A stretch of 64,000 nt of DNA from an uncultured Verrucomicrobiota bacterium (GTDB lineage: Bacteria > Verrucomicrobiota > Kiritimatiellia > CAIQIC01 > Lenti-01): assembly GCA_964399775.1 (NCBI GenBank), contig CAYNSH010000002.1, positions 2,556 to 66,555 of the forward strand, written 5' to 3'. Of this stretch, positions 28,472-39,300 are shown one piece after another (within the stretch, counting starts at the first letter, position 1; every line of letters begins with the position of its first letter). The notes beneath the pieces were generated by a model. The model ran no database searches. It was not told where the DNA came from and was given only the letters and a program-made list of their open reading frames with translations. Made by a program: the position numbers and the translations under genes.

Positions 28472-30199
28472 ATGCGCCCTCCCCGCAAAGCCTTTATTCT
28501 CGCCGCCGGACTGGGAACCCGCCTGCGTCCGCTCACGCAGGAAACGCCCAAGCCGATGCTGCCGTTTTGGGACCGCCCCATGCTGGCCCATACCCTCGAA
28601 CGCCTCGCGGACTGGGGCGTGCGCGAAGTCCTGATCAATCTGCACCATGCCCCCGGTCCCCTTGTCGCCTATCTGGCCAGCCAGCCCTTTCCATCGCTCC
28701 GCGTCAGCGCCGTATTCGAGCCCGTCATTCTCGGCACCGGCGGCGCCCTGCGCAACGCCGCCTGGTTTCTTGACCAACCCTTCTGGCTGGTCAATGCCGA
28801 TGTCGCCGCCGATCTCGATCCCGCCCCGCTGATCCGCGCCTGGCAGCGTCCGCGCCCCCTGGCCGCCTGCTGGCTCACGTTCGATGCCGGTCCCCGCACC
28901 GTACGCTGCTCCCGCGGCTTCATCCGCGATTTCCACGATCCCCGGCGCGGAACCGCCACTTTCTGCGGACTGCAGATTCTCGACGCGCGCATCCTGCCCT
29001 TCATCGCTCCGGAGGGCTTCGACACCCTGATTGCCGCCTATCAGCGGGCCCAGCGAAAAGGCCACCGCATCGCCGGCGTCTGGGTCCCCGGCTCCTTCTG
29101 GGCCGATATCGGCACGCCCGCGCAGTACCTCCAGGCCCATCGCGATTTCGCGGCTCGAAACGGAGGATCCGACCGAAGCTTCCCCCTCCCCGCCGCCGCC
29201 GTCCTCACCCCGCGCGAGCAGCGCGGCCTGCGGCAAGCCCATCTCCTGCCCGAATCCCCCCTTGCGCCGATCGAGGTTCTGCCCCCGCGCGGCTCCGCCC
29301 GCGAGTTTTTCCGGCTACCCATCCGCGACCCCCGATATTATACTATTTATAAATACCATACACCCTCCGTCCTCTTGGTCCGTTGGAGTCCGCAGCGGCC
29401 GGAAAACCGCCTGCATGCGCGGCATACGCGCTTTTTGGAGTCCATCGGCATTCCGGTCCCGCGCCTGCTGCTCGATGCGCCCCGCCACCGCCTGCTGGTC
29501 TTTGAGGACCTCGGCGGCGAGACCCTCCAATCGCAACTCCCCACCCTGCCGCCGCCTGCGATCCGTCGGCTTTATCTGCGCATTCTCGACATCACCCTGC
29601 GCCTGCATTTGCATGGCTGGCCCGCCGCCCGCCAGCAGGGACTTCGCCTCATGCCGGGATTCAACGCGGAGCTCTACGCCTGGGAACAGGCCTACTTTAT
29701 CGACAACGTCCTCCGCTGCCGTCCGGGCCTTTCGGAAACCACCCTCGCCGCCGTCGCCAACGAGTTGCAATCCGTGGCCCGACGACTGGCCACTTCCCCG
29801 CAAGCCTTGATTCACCGCGACTGGCAGTCCAGCAACATCCACTTCCGTGGGACGCAGCCCGTCATGATCGATTACCAGGGCATGCGCCGCGGTCCCGCCG
29901 CCTATGACCTGGCCAGCCTTTTGTGCGATCCCTACGCCGATCTCGATGAACCCCTGCAGCGCTCGCTGCTGCGCACCTACACCCGCCGGCACCCGCAAGG
30001 CCGCGAGATCGAGGACGCCTTTCTGCCGGCGGCGGTCCAGCGCCTGTGCCAGGCCCTCGGCGCCTATGCCGTGCTCTCCCGCAAGCCCGGGCTGGAATTC
30101 TTCAGGCGCCACGTCCCCGCCGCCACCCGCCAACTCCAGCGCGTCCTGAAACGGCTGCCGCTTCCGGAATTGACGCGGGTGATGTCCGGGGAGGCGTAA
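28472..30199 (+). CDS. Bifunctional-looking fusion: N-terminal sugar-1-phosphate nucleotidyltransferase (MurU/RmlA-like) plus C-terminal aminoglycoside-phosphotransferase-fold sugar kinase (AmgK-like)
   Basis: N-terminus AFILAAGLGTRLRPLTQETPKPMLP (GxGTRL NTP-transferase motif). C-terminus GSAREFFRL...HRDWQSSNIHF...MIDYQGMRRGPAAYDLASLL (APH/choline-kinase-like catalytic loop and DxxG region). Confidence 0.6.
   Translation: MRPPRKAFILAAGLGTRLRPLTQETPKPMLPFWDRPMLAHTLERLADWGVREVLINLHHAPGPLVAYLASQPFPSLRVSAVFEPVILGTGGALRNAAWFLDQPFWLVNADVAADLDPAPLIRAWQRPRPLAACWLTFDAGPRTVRCSRGFIRDFHDPRRGTATFCGLQILDARILPFIAPEGFDTLIAAYQRAQRKGHRIAGVWVPGSFWADIGTPAQYLQAHRDFAARNGGSDRSFPLPAAAVLTPREQRGLRQAHLLPESPLAPIEVLPPRGSAREFFRLPIRDPRYYTIYKYHTPSVLLVRWSPQRPENRLHARHTRFLESIGIPVPRLLLDAPRHRLLVFEDLGGETLQSQLPTLPPPAIRRLYLRILDITLRLHLHGWPAARQQGLRLMPGFNAELYAWEQAYFIDNVLRCRPGLSETTLAAVANELQSVARRLATSPQALIHRDWQSSNIHFRGTQPVMIDYQGMRRGPAAYDLASLLCDPYADLDEPLQRSLLRTYTRRHPQGREIEDAFLPAAVQRLCQALGAYAVLSRKPGLEFFRRHVPAATRQLQRVLKRLPLPELTRVMSGEA
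29337..29355. repeat. Third copy of ATTATACTATTTATAAATA, embedded in frame inside the fusion CDS (it encodes YYTIYKY)
   Basis: It is identical to the reverse complement of copy 2 at 24186-24204. It forms a 27-bp AT island within otherwise GC-rich coding sequence. Confidence 0.8.
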
Positions 30200-30200
30200 T

Positions 30201-30249
30201 CCGAGATCCGAGGTCCGAGGTCGGAGGTCAGAGGTCAGTAGTCAGTAGT
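30201..30249. repeat. Imperfect 7-bp tandem repeat x7 (CCGAGRT/CAGWAGT) immediately 3' of the fusion gene stop
   Basis: ccgagat ccgaggt ccgaggt cggaggt cagaggt cagtagt cagtagt, read directly. Confidence 0.7.
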
Positions 30250-30272
30250 CGGGCGCGGCAGCCACCGAACCA

Positions 30273-30291
30273 CCGCGCTCAGCGAGCGCGG
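30273..30291. terminator. GC-rich hairpin (8-bp stem CCGCGCTC / GAGCGCGG, 3-nt loop) between convergent genes; possible bidirectional terminator
   Basis: The inverted repeat was read directly. There is no U-tract, so intrinsic-terminator status is uncertain. Confidence 0.3.
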
Positions 30292-30342
30292 CTACAGCGC
30301 GCGCCCCTCCCCCCCGTTGTTACCACCCGTGGGCTGCTCTCT

Positions 30343-33300
30343 TTACTCCGGCATGACTTGGGTGGCGGTGGGGGCGTTGTCGGTATTGTAGCTGAGCGCT
30401 TCACCGGTGCCGTTGTACTCGAATAGCTTCACGTGGTAGGGCCATCCAGGAGTCAGACCGGTGATGGTGACGGAGTCTTCCGGGCCGAGATAGCATGCCT
30501 TGTTGGCCGGGAACGGGGTCAGGGGAGCCGCCCCTGGGAAGTAGGCATTGATGCCCGGAGGGACCATGCCATCCGTGGGGGTCCAATTCACGGCATACCC
30601 CTCGCGGACGATCAGCAGGCGTCCATCGCCGCCGCCGTTCTCCCACGTGACGGTCAGGGTGGACGGGTTGACGACGGTCAGGGATAGCGCCGTGGGTGGA
30701 GCGGTGGGCGGAGGCGACAGGATGGACCGCTTGGCGGCCGCGGGCTCACCGCCGATGAGGTAATTGAGGCTGTCGCCGCTGCCATTATACTCGAACACCT
30801 GGAAGTGATAGGTGTTGCCTTGCGTGAGGCCGCTGACGTTCACAGAACTGCCATTCCCCACATACACCACATAATTGCCGTTGCCCAGTTCGGGTCCCTG
30901 CCCGAAGGCCGCACTTGCATAGTAGTTGCTTCCTCCGATCGGATTGACATCCACCGGGCCGTTTTTCCGGGCCATCACGATGCGTCCGGCCCCGTTGCCG
31001 CTGGTCCACGACAGCGTCAATTGGTCTTGCCCGACGTTGCTGAACTGCAGGTTGGAGGCCTGGGTGGTCGGCAGGGATGCGCGGGTGGTCTGGCTGCCCT
31101 CCGGCGGAGTGCCGGTGGCGAGGTAGACGGTTTGCGCGCCGACCCCCTGATACTCGTAGATGACGAAGTGGTAGGTGGTCACGGGGGCCAGGCCGGACAA
31201 GGTGAAGCTGTCCCGATTTCCGTCGTATACGATCTTATGCCCGCCGCCCATATCGGTGGCGGTGGCAAAGTTGTTCTGGACGTAGGGAGCCGGGTCGAAT
31301 CCGTTCTCCGGAATCCAACTGACCGGCGAGCCCTGGCGAGCCACGACGATGCGGTTTTGGCCGTCGCCGCGATCCCAGTTCAGGCGCATGAAGGTATCGC
31401 CCACGAAGCTGAAGGACAGATTGGCGGACGGCAGGCGCAGCGCGGTGGAGGGTTCGATCCAGCGCGTGGGCAGGCTGTAGAAGTCGCGCGGGTGATAGCG
31501 CCAGGTCCAGTTGCCGGAGCCGGGCGGGTCTTGCTTGTCCGGCGGGGCCTGGTTGCGCGACACGATCACGATGACATCGTTGGGCTTGAAGTAGCCGGCG
31601 CCGACGAGCGCGTCATTGGCCACAAACCGGAAGACCCCGTTTTCAGCCGCATAGATGGTGCTGCCGGAGCGGGGGCTCTTGGTGGCCGTATTCCAGGTAT
31701 AGATATGGTCGGCAAAGTCCTTGTATCCCTTGGTCAGGCCGGCTTCGAGGAGCCCCATTTCGCCCGGGGTGGCGGCGACGGGCAGTCGCAGGGCGACCAG
31801 GTTGTAGGAGAGGATTTCGGGGGCGATTTCGACGCGGCCGGGCTGGTTGGGATCGAAGACGGCGGCGCGCCCGGTCTGGATGACCTGGCTGAAGCCATTG
31901 GTGGGCACCCGGAGGACGGGCGACCAGATCATGGCATCGAGTTGGAGCGGCCCGCCGGTGCTGGGATCGGTTTGATCGATATCTTGGGCGGTGGTGTGCC
32001 GGTAGTATTCCGGCAGGGGATCCGGCAGGGTGATGGAGAAGCCGCGGTTGAAGAAGTCCTCCGACTGGACGACATCGGTGACATCGATGCCGCCCGCCTT
32101 CAGCCACTTGTTATCGGTGGTGAGGTAGTAGGCCTCGCCGAGGAGGGCATTGACGCCCGGGTTGTAGAATTCGACCACGGTGCCGCCGCTGTCCGGCATG
32201 GCGGAGGTCCCGCCGGGGAAGACATTGGTTCCGCCGAAGACCGCGGCAAAGGTGTTGGTATAGGGAACGCCATGCAGCGCCACGTAGTTGTGGCCCCGGG
32301 ACAGGATGACGTTATGGAGGGCATAGACCTCCTCCGTGACCATGGGCCGCTGGGGCTTGCCATCCACTTCGCGCAGCCACCGATCCTTGTAGGATGCGCG
32401 GTAGAACCGCATCTGGCCGCGGGTGCGATGCTGCCCACCGTCATCCACGAACCAGTTGGTCTGGATGGTGGCGACCTTCAGCCAGGTGCTGTCGGGCGTT
32501 TCCTGGAAGCGGGGGGCATCCCAATAGATCAGGTCGTATTCGCGGGAAACGGTCCCGATGCCATCCTTCTGGCCGGCGGCGATCCACCCCATGGCCACGG
32601 CGTTGTCGGCGTCCGTGTGCGTGAAGGCTTCATGTTCCCCGAAGGCCTCCTGGGCCTTGGCCTTGGCGACCACCCAGCCGCTGGTGATGGCAAAGCGGAT
32701 GGTATTGTTGGTGGCCCAGCCATGGACATTGGCAGACCCTTCGTTGCCGGCGGCGTCGACGCCGACAATGACCACGGCGTATTCCTGGTCGAAGTCCAGG
32801 TCGTAGAGCCGGATGGTGTCCTGGCTCATATCCGACAAGGCATCATAATAGGTCGGATTTGCGGAGGGATCCGTGATGGACGAGCCCCTCATGACGCTGG
32901 GCCAATTCGTGTAATGCCCGGTGGCGATGAAGTTCGTGAAGATGAATGCGCTGCCGGAGCCCACGCCCGGGTCGCCTTCCGGCACATCCATGCCGTCGTA
33001 GGTGCCGTAGTAGATCTTATAGCTGCCCCATGGCGACAGGACGTCGCGATCGGTGCTGACCTTGGTGGGATGGTTGTCGTGCCCCGGATCGTCCGGACCA
33101 ACGCCCTCGGTGCTCCATTCCAGATCGAACTGGGTGGTGGGGTCATCGACGGTGTCGGTGGTGACGGAGAGCGGTTGGCTGGCGATTCCCACCGCGGTCG
33201 GCGGGGTGACATCGTAGGCGATGTAGAACGGCTTGGCCGGGCCGGCGAGCCGGTCGCCGGCGCGGTTGTTGTCGGCATCGACCGCGAAGAGGTATTGCGG

Positions 33301-36300
33301 AATGAGCCCCTGATTTTCCACATCGGCCACGAAGCGCATCGAGGGCATGTTGGCGCCGACGTCGACGGACAGGCGCAGGGCATCCCAATAGGTTTCGCTG
33401 CCGCCGCCGCTGATCAGGGAGATCTTCAAGACCTCGACGGAGCCGTCGCCGATGGACTGGCCGCCCTGGAAGCCGAACGAGAAGTCGTCAAAGACGTGCC
33501 AGTCGGTATCTTCCTCGGCGATCTCGCCGAACTTGTTGACGGCGACGCCCACATGGGCCATGACGGCGCCGGCCGGGGCGACCAGATCCGTCAGTTGCGC
33601 CAAAGTGAAGTCCTGGTCGGTGGTAATGCCGGCCGTGGCCACGTAGCCGATCTTGTCCTCATCCTGATAGCCGCCGGCGACGCCATCGGCATCGAACCAC
33701 TTGACTTCGAGGAACGACTGGGAGTTATCCAGGTCGACCGTGCGGATGTAGATCGAGGCCTGATAGGTTTCGCCTTCGGAAACGGCGATCAGCTTGTACA
33801 ACCCGTGCCAGGGGCCGCTTTCGGAATCGACATCGATCACGGCGCCATACGAGCCCGAGCGAACGTCGTACTCATGGCTGCTGATGCGGTATCCCGACCC
33901 GAACAGCTCCCATCCGGAGAGGTCGCCGGTCTCGAAGCCGGCATTGACGCCGGCCGCGACCGGATCAAGCCCGAAGGCCGTCCAGCCCCCGCCCGTCGCC
34001 GGCAGACTCAGATCCTGGGTGGCCAAAACCGTTTCCGGGTCGTCGGCGGCAAAGGCTTCGATGCGGAAGGTCGCGCCATCGCTGGAGCGGTACCAACCGT
34101 TCACGCCGACGAGCGGGGCCTCCTCTTCCACGTTGCGGAACTCAAGGAGTTGATAGGCCAGGCCGCCGCTGGTCTGCTTGAGGCTGTTAGTGCCTTCGCG
34201 GACGAGGGCGGGATTATCCTTCAAGTATTGGATGGAGCTGTTGGATTCCAGGGTCCAAGACAGGCCGTCGCCGAGCATTTCGAAGCCATAGTTGGCCAAG
34301 GCGCCTTCGGTGGCCGCCACGGCGAACGGCCGGCCGATTTTGGCTCGGTTGCTGTTGCTGAGGCTGTCCACATTGACCGCGGACACGCGGTATTCGCCAA
34401 TGCCGCTGGCGCCGCGTTGCTTCTCGCTGAGGGACTCATCGCCCACGGGATCCTCGGCCAATTCGCTGAAGTTGATAATGAACACCGGCTCGTTGGTCCA
34501 GGTGACGGACAAGCGGTCGGGGGCGGTTTCCGGAACGGGGACATCATTGACGTAGATCGTGCCGACCTCGGTGGGCGGCGTCATATCGTTGTCCACCACA
34601 TAGAACGACAGATCGGCTCGGACCTGGAGATCGTCATCGGTGCGGTCGTCATCGGCATCCCACACGCTGGCATGGCCGCGATACTCACCCAGCATCAGGT
34701 TGGTATAGGTCGGGGTTGGAAGGTTGGCATAGAAGACGCCTTCCTCTTCCGTCTGGGCATCGCCGCATTCAATTTCCGCTTCAAAGTTGAACGGTTTGTC
34801 CGTCACGAACGGGTGGCCCTGCGGAGTGCTGAGCGAGAACATCGGGCGCTTGGCCTCATCGTCGGCGTTCGGGCCGCGGATGCCGCTGCCGGCATCCCAT
34901 GTGCTGCCCCGGAGCTGGAAGGCGCCGCTGGCGAATTCCTCGTCGGTCACTTCGGTGACGCCTTCGTCGCCGGTTTCACCCTGGTACATGGTCAGGCCGT
35001 AGACCGACCAACTCACGCCGATATGCGGCGCGCCGTAGGGATGCAGGCGGATTTGGGTCTCCACCCCGGCATCCAGCGTGAAGGCGTTGGCGCCGGACAG
35101 GCTGATGTTCATGTTGTACCAGGTGCCCGTATTGATGGTTCCGCCTGTGAAGTAATGCGGACCGGATACCTGGACCTGCTCGCCGCCGACGAACTTGCGG
35201 ACGTAGAAGTGGGTTGGGCCCTCGACATTCCCCACCCGCGTCTGGAACGTGATGTTGGTGATGGCCGCATCGGCTTCCGGGGTCAGTTCCACGTGGTAGA
35301 ACTTGCTGTCCCACTGCCAGCCGGTCTGTCGCACCGCGTACTGGCCCGGGGCCTTCTCTTCAAACCGTGGCACGCTGAAGGTGCCCGCCGTGGTCAGGCA
35401 TTGCATGGCCGACACCTCGACGCTGGAATCGGCGCGGGTGGGCAGCAGCGATTGGGTATCCGTGTAGAGCCACTGGGCGATGATGCCGCTGCGCGGCCGC
35501 ATGGTCGCGAGAGTCAACTTCGGCCGCTCGGTGTCGTTATCGATGATCCGCAACTGGCCGAGGTGGCCGTAGAGCCACGCTTCATCATCCGGCCGATCGG
35601 CGTCGGCGTCGGGCACATCCACGGTCAAGGGAATGCCGGCGCCGGTCTGCGAGGCGATGACCAGTTCGGTCAGTTCCTCCCGCGAGAGGGACACATCCCA
35701 CCACAGGGCGGACTCCGGATCCTTGCCGTCATCGATCAGGCGCTCGGCGGTCTTGGCGGCGTTCAACTCACCCAATCGCGCCCCCATCTTCATGGTGGCC
35801 TGGTCGACTTGCAAGCCGCTGTGCGTATCGTACACATTGCCGCGCATCCGCAGCTTGTAATCCGAAGCGGCGATGTCGCTGTCATAGACCAGGAATTCCT
35901 CGGGATAGCCGGTCAACTGGATGTTGTCCATCCGGTAGTAGCCGCTGTCGGCATTGTAGTTCGAAAACTCGAAACGCAGGTACAACTTGGAGATCCCCCG
36001 CGGGATGACCTTGCTCAGTTCCAGGAAGCGGACGGTCCATACATTCCCGATATTCGGTTTCCAGGCCGGCCATTCCCCGGCGGCGGCGAACGAGTCCTCC
36101 GCGCCGGTCTGGGACCACAGCACCCGGGCGTTATTGAAGCCGTTGGCCCCGCCGTTTTCGGCCCAGGAGAAGATCAGCTCATCGGCCGCCACCAGGTCCA
36201 ACTCGAACTGGATCCAGGCCAGATTGCCTTCGCCAAAGCCCCACGTGCCAACGTCGCGCATGTAGATTTCACCTCGGGCGAACTGATCATAGGCGCCGAA

Positions 36301-39300
36301 CCAGCTGTTTTCCTTCGTGCCGGTCGAGGTATTGGTGTTGATCAGTTGCAGCGTGTACGACGGATTCCACGTGATGGCGGGGCCGTCCTTGAACAGGCTG
36401 CCCGGCCACGGGGCCGATGCGGCCGCGATGCTCGAGAAGTTGGTGAAGCTCCAGGCCGTCAGGACCACCTCGGTGCTGCCGGGCTCCTTGTTCAACTCTT
36501 CGAAAGGCCCGGCGTCGGGACCGACCTTCACGACGCTGGCGGGACCGACGCGCGGCGGCTCGGTGTCATCGTCGTACACGAAGAACCGGATGATCTCGCC
36601 CCTGCCGACGTCGCGGTCGTATACGCCGGCGGTGGAAAGGAAATTCGCATATCCCGTATCCCGATCTCCATCCCAATCACGGAAGTCCCACTGGGTGGGT
36701 TCGACTTGATAAGGATAGGGCCGGGGGACTTCGGCATCCGAGAGACGGCTCATGATATAGCGAGCCGCCACTTCTTCGTCCGGACCAATGCCGCACACAT
36801 CGATCCATTGATTGGTGTTCGACTGGTGGAACAACCCCACCGGATCGTCACCACTGACCTGAAGCACCCAATTCGATGTAAATAGATAGGGTCGGCCGGC
36901 ATTATCCAGAACATCCAGCATGGCTTGATTGACCGTCTCGTTGTTTGAGACGCTTCCCCAGCGGCCACCGTTAAGGATCAGGAGCGTGTCGCCATGCGGC
37001 AATATCGTGGGCTCCAACGCGATCCGGCAGAAATTCCAAGTGGTGTATTTCTTGGACGGATCGGTCTGGCTGCCGATGAGGTACTCGCTCAGGTCGATAT
37101 CGCGGCCGGTGGCGTTGTACAGTTCGACGTACTTGTCCCAATTATTGCCTTCGCCGAACTCGCCGAAGAACAGGTTATCGGCGCCGCCGGACTCGGCGAT
37201 CATGATGGTGTTGGTGGCCTTGAGGCTGGTGGAGGTGACCCAAACGCGGGTGGTGTAGGCGCCGAGGGCCACATCGTTGGTGTGGAGGCGGTCCGTCACC
37301 GTCTGGGTGAAGCGATAGCGGCTGCCCCACATGCCGTCGGCGACCAGTTCCTGGCGCGGGGCATACAGCTCGGTTTCGGGATCCTCCTGGTCCAGCAGGG
37401 TGAACTCGGCCTCGGCGATGCCGGAGCGGTGGTAGAGGCTGAACGCCACGTCGTAGCTGTGATCGGCCGCGGAGAGCTGGGCGTCGGAGATCCAGTGCAC
37501 GCCTTCGAGGTCCACTCCGCCTTCGTAGTCGTACACCTTCGGGGGCACGAAGTTCAGCACTTCGTCCCACGTGGAGCCCACGCGGACTTCGTCGAAGTAA
37601 ACGTGGCCGAGTTCAATCTTGTCGTCGCCGCCCGTCCCGGCGGCGCTGCCCGCGCCCAGGCGGATACCGGTGATCGTGCCGATGGACAGCCCGGCGTCGG
37701 TATAGGTGGCGATGGCCGTATCCGGATCGTAGTTCTGGTGGATTTCCTGCGTGGGATGGAACGCCCACATGCGGATGGTCTTGGTGACCGGATCCCATTC
37801 GCCCACAATCATGAAGTCGTTGCCGTGACCCGGATTCAGTTCATAGGCCGAGGTCGCCGTATGTTCTCCAGGCACTTCGAAGCCGGCGAGTCTGATTTGA
37901 TTGTACAGCTTGCCGAAGAAGACTTCCTCGACATCCGCATCGATCCCGCTCATCAGCGAGAGGCCGACATACTTGCTCTCCCCGTCGTAGAGATAGTTCA
38001 TCATGAAGGCGATGAAGGTCCGGCCGGCGCGGCTGGCCGCCAGCTTCCGGGTAATGACGGCAGAGTCCACTTCATACGAGCTGGTATCGATCCACTGCAG
38101 CTTGTTGGCGGCGGGTTCGGGATACTCGCTGATGCCGTGCACGAGGTTGGTGTCGTCGACCATGTACTTGTGCGTGTCGCCCTGCCATCCGCCGCTCCAG
38201 CCCTGACCGGTGGCCAGGTTGTTCTGCGCCAATGTGAAGAGATTGGTATAGGCGAACTGGTCCACGATTTCGCCGCTTTCGTAGGTCAGGGTCCGCACGG
38301 GATTCTCCACCGGCTCGGCATACGTCTGGGAGTAGAAGTTGCCGGCGGCGCCGAAGAGCCGGTAGTGGTTGAGTGAAGCGACCGGCACGACCTGTTCAAA
38401 GCCGTCCCACGGCCCCTTGTAGGCCACCGTGGCGCCCTCATAGGTATCATTCACCGCAAACGAGGTGTCCGGCGGCAGGCTTTCCACCGTGATGGGGCTG
38501 TGGCTCCACAGCACCAGGACGTCGGGCGCGCCGTTCTTGTTCCAGCTCATCACGACCATTTCCGCGCCGTCCGCTTCCGCCACCACCTCCGTCGGGGCGT
38601 TGATGAAGGTGGTCACCCAGAACCAATAGTCATTGGTGGTGGTGATCCAGTCCAGCGGACGGTCCACGTCGTAGTCGGTGCTTTCGATGCGGAACATGAA
38701 TTGGTAGGCGTCGGTTTCGAGGTGTTCCGCCTCGATTAACGCCGACAGGCCGGCGGGCTCATCGCCGATGCCCGCGCCGTTTTCATCCGGATCCATCGTC
38801 ATGAAGCCGCTGGCGATGGCGATTTCGTTGCTGTAGAGCGTCCAGCGGTTGCTGGCAGCGAAGACGCCGCTCTGGACATCGAGGACCAGGCCGGTGACCG
38901 TCAGGCCGAATTCGACGTCCGAGGTCGAGAACACGGCATCGTCGACGTTGAACCCGCTATGGATGGGGCCTTCGATATCTTCGTCGATCATTTCAAAGAT
39001 CATGGGCTGGGAGGCGTCGACGTCCTCGGTCAGGATGGCGATGTTGTCGATCGTGATGCGCTTGGTGTTGGGACCGCCGGCTGGCGCTCGGTTGATGATC
39101 GAGATCACCACCTCGCCCGAGTAGTCGAGGCCGGTGGCCAGGAACGAATAGACCGTGGTGGTGTCGGGCGGCATGTCGGTCACGGTCCCCACCACGTCGC
39201 CATTGACGAGCACGTCCACCTCGTAGCTGCCGGATTCGGAGAACGGCCGGCGGTAATCGAACGAGATCTGGGTCAACCCGCGATCCAAGGCTGGTGACAC

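Noticed and set aside
30805-36885. 2026-aa plus-strand ORF, and many other 100-1400-aa plus-strand ORFs between 30.4 and 64 kb (for example 43090-47082, 47191-50652, 59716-63885)
   Set aside because: All are antisense to the single giant minus-strand gene. Their products are extremely G/A/R/D/V-rich and low-complexity, which is typical of stop-poor antisense frames in ~67% GC DNA, whereas the minus-strand product has clear repeat and domain structure.
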